Positions 63,357-64,000 of a DNA stretch of 64,000 bases are shown one piece after another. The position numbers and the translations under genes were made by a program. The notes under the pieces are model-generated. The model had not been told where the DNA came from, did not search any database, and saw nothing but the letters and a program-made list of their open reading frames with translations. Source of the DNA: Chiloscyllium plagiosum (taxonomy: Eukaryota); NCBI RefSeq assembly GCF_004010195.1, contig NC_057718.1, positions 83,650,624 to 83,714,623 on the forward strand. The letters run 5' to 3'. The first letter of the stretch is position 1. Every line of letters begins with the position of its first letter.

Positions 63357-64000
63357 CTCCACAAGGATCAAACCTTGGACACACCCAGAGACAGATTCCA
63401 TTATTAATTGGTAACAACCAAGTTGAGTTGGGAGGCTTAACTTGCTTACTTGAGGGGTCTATGTTGGTTGCTGCATGCAATAAAGTTGAAATCATTGTTT
63501 CAGTACTTGATTGGTTGAGAGATTTCTTAACAAGTTAGCCAAATTAAAAAGGTAGTCTATGGTGATTTACCTACAACAATACCAAAACCTTTTTAATTTT
63601 AGCAAAGTTGGAGCTTTCTCATTTGTTGGAAAACTAACTTCTCTCTCCAATGAGGTATTTTTCAACACACCAACCCTTTCCTATTCCTCACCTCACCTTA
63701 TTTTCCACTAGTTGCCCAATTGAAGTATTTCCCATCCTCAAATAAAGTGACCTTGTTATTTGCACAAAACTACACGCACTATGTGCCCCATTGTAAATTG
63801 AACTTCACCCCAGTTTCATGCTCCCATTCTCTCCCTTTCCTTCCTTCTTATATTATCAACATGATTGTCAAAACATGACAATGTTCCACAGAAAAAAATC
63901 AAAGTTACTTTACAAGGTTAAGTTTCAAATCAGTGGATTGCTCCATGTTAAAATATTATCAAAGACGTTAAGTATTTGTGATGCCAATGAGCTGGCTTTG

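Noticed and set aside
56217..64000. RDH13 first coding exon or promoter
   Set aside because: No matching hydrophobic N-terminal exon or CpG island was seen; it probably lies beyond the window.

Overview
Eukaryotic, repeat-rich DNA. The repeat content (HE1/V-SINE-like SINEs, CR1, Tx1 and Penelope families) points to a cartilaginous fish, probably a shark; this is an inference. The only host gene I can recognise is a minus-strand retinol dehydrogenase 13 (RDH13). Six coding exons lie between 56216 and 22588, all with GT-AG boundaries and consistent phases; the first coding exon was not found and probably lies beyond 64000. The rest is mostly nested transposable elements: a near-full-length L1/Tx1 retrotransposon, many CR1 fragments, at least three Penelope-like element (PLE) families, tRNA-derived SINEs, a solo LTR, MITEs and a 1.7-kb AATG-rich higher-order satellite. 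The most striking signal is that all three PLE families carry a minimal hammerhead-ribozyme motif (CTGANGA-stem II-GAAA-NN-TH) in their terminal repeat. One family's ~85-210 bp ribozyme-bearing terminus recurs about a dozen times. It often stands alone with its own 11-17 bp target-site duplication, and sometimes forms a fold-back hairpin, so it behaves like a tiny non-coding retrozyme/SINE-like element. There is also a candidate ORF1-only (HAL1-like) Tx1 derivative. All calls were made by eye; boundaries of degraded repeats are approximate.
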